DNA from: Leptolyngbyaceae cyanobacterium
GTDB lineage: Bacteria > Cyanobacteriota > Cyanobacteriia > Phormidesmidales > Phormidesmidaceae
Direction of reading: 5' to 3'
Assembly: GCA_050331235.1 (NCBI GenBank)
Contig: JBHJHA010000026.1
Span: forward strand, 1-64,000
Length of the DNA: 64,000 bases
The translations under genes and the position numbers were made by a program. Position 1 is the stretch's first letter. Every line of letters begins with the position of its first letter. This document shows, piece by piece, positions 63,212 to 64,000 of this stretch. The notes beneath the pieces are model-generated. The model searched no databases and was not told the origin of the DNA. It saw nothing but the letters and a program-made list of their open reading frames with translations.

Positions 63212-64000
63212 GGTAATGTTCTAGACATGTGTAACAGGCAAAATAGGAGGAAGCGTCTACCCTGAGTTCTTCCATGGTCCTAGAACCCATCTGTTGCCCC
63301 CACTGTCACACCACCGATGTGGTCAAAAATGGTAAAAGTGCTGAAGGCAAACAGCGCTATCGATGCCGTAACGTCTAGTGTCCGCGCGCCTCGTTTATCC
63401 TAAACTACAGCTACCGGGGCTACTGGCCTGAGGTGAAACAGCCGATCGCGGATATGGCCGTTAACGGTAGTGGCATTCGAGATACCGCTCGGGTCATGAA
63501 GATCAGCCCCACCACCGTGATTGAGGAACTCCAAAAACCACCGTCAGCTTGAGAACGTGAATCGCCTACTTTTGGAGTCGATGCAGACGACGCCGACCGC
63601 TGCCATGGTTGTTCGCGTGGAGGAGGCAGAAATGGACAAGATGTGGAGCTTTGTTCAGTCCAAACAGCAACAGCGATGGCTTTGGCACGCAATTGACCAT
63701 CAAACGGAGACGTACTGGCCTATGTCTTAGCTCCCCACGAGGAGCAAGCGCTTCAAGCGCTGATGGAGCTGTTAACGCCCTTCCGTATTCAGCAGTTTTA
63801 CACCGATAGCTGGGGCGCGTACTTGCGACTCCTTGCCATCAAACACCACAAAGTTGGGAAAGCCAACACACAGCGGATTGAACGCAAGCACTTGACCTTG
63901 AGGACGCGGATCAAGCGCTTGGCTCGCAAAACCATTTGCTTCTCCAAATCGGTGCGGAGGCATGACACCGTGATTGGCCTATTTATCAATCACCATGAGT
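63212..64000 (+). mobile_element. IS1-family element, degraded, runs off the window
   Basis: End GGTAATGTTCTAGAC; insA from 63274 (CPHC..VVKNG...QRYRC, GSGIRDTARV) with TAG at 63376; insB (MWSFV, WLWHAID, TDSWGAY, TQRIER..LTLRTRIKRLARKT) with a frameshift near 63706. Confidence 0.93.

Larger units (their letters stand above)
1..64000. repeat. HIP1 octamer GCGATCGC dispersed through the window
   Basis: Many dozens of occurrences visible in coding and intergenic DNA (not counted exactly). Confidence 0.95.

Noticed and set aside
1..64000. CRISPR array or tRNA genes
   Set aside because: No regularly spaced direct repeats or cloverleaf/TTCGA-arm patterns recognised by eye

Overview
Cyanobacterial chromosome window, judged from very frequent HIP1 GCGATCGC octamers and cyanobacterial-type ictB, rbcR, glgB and sds genes. 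It starts in the 3' end of a 5S rRNA gene and ends inside a decayed IS1-family element. Most of it is housekeeping and signalling genes: GT4, DegT, MATE, MiaE, MPG, IctB, PLD/Cls, ABC-F, RodZ, RluB-like, CobQ, HrcA, RbcR, Ser/Thr kinases, PP2C, Sds, CYTH, YajQ, LCP, M17 peptidase and GlgB. The best candidates for undescribed biology are: (1) a co-oriented stand-alone TRPM-type SLOG gene plus a wHTH-TIR-TM-14xWD40 gene, a possible NAD-derived second-messenger module; (2) a 63-aa secreted mini-protein with an FPGQRRGGGTH motif directly upstream of a CHASE2-GGDEF-EAL receptor, a possible peptide ligand/receptor pair; (3) a 42-aa membrane peptide missing from the ORF track, with a structured leader and its own terminator, divergent from sds. 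Also present are a TPR pseudokinase, a pRiA4b ORF3 gene broken by one in-frame TGA, a perfect 58-bp palindrome after the 5S rRNA and tandem IS1 ends. I recognised no CRISPR array or tRNA. All calls come from motif recognition by eye; no searches were run.
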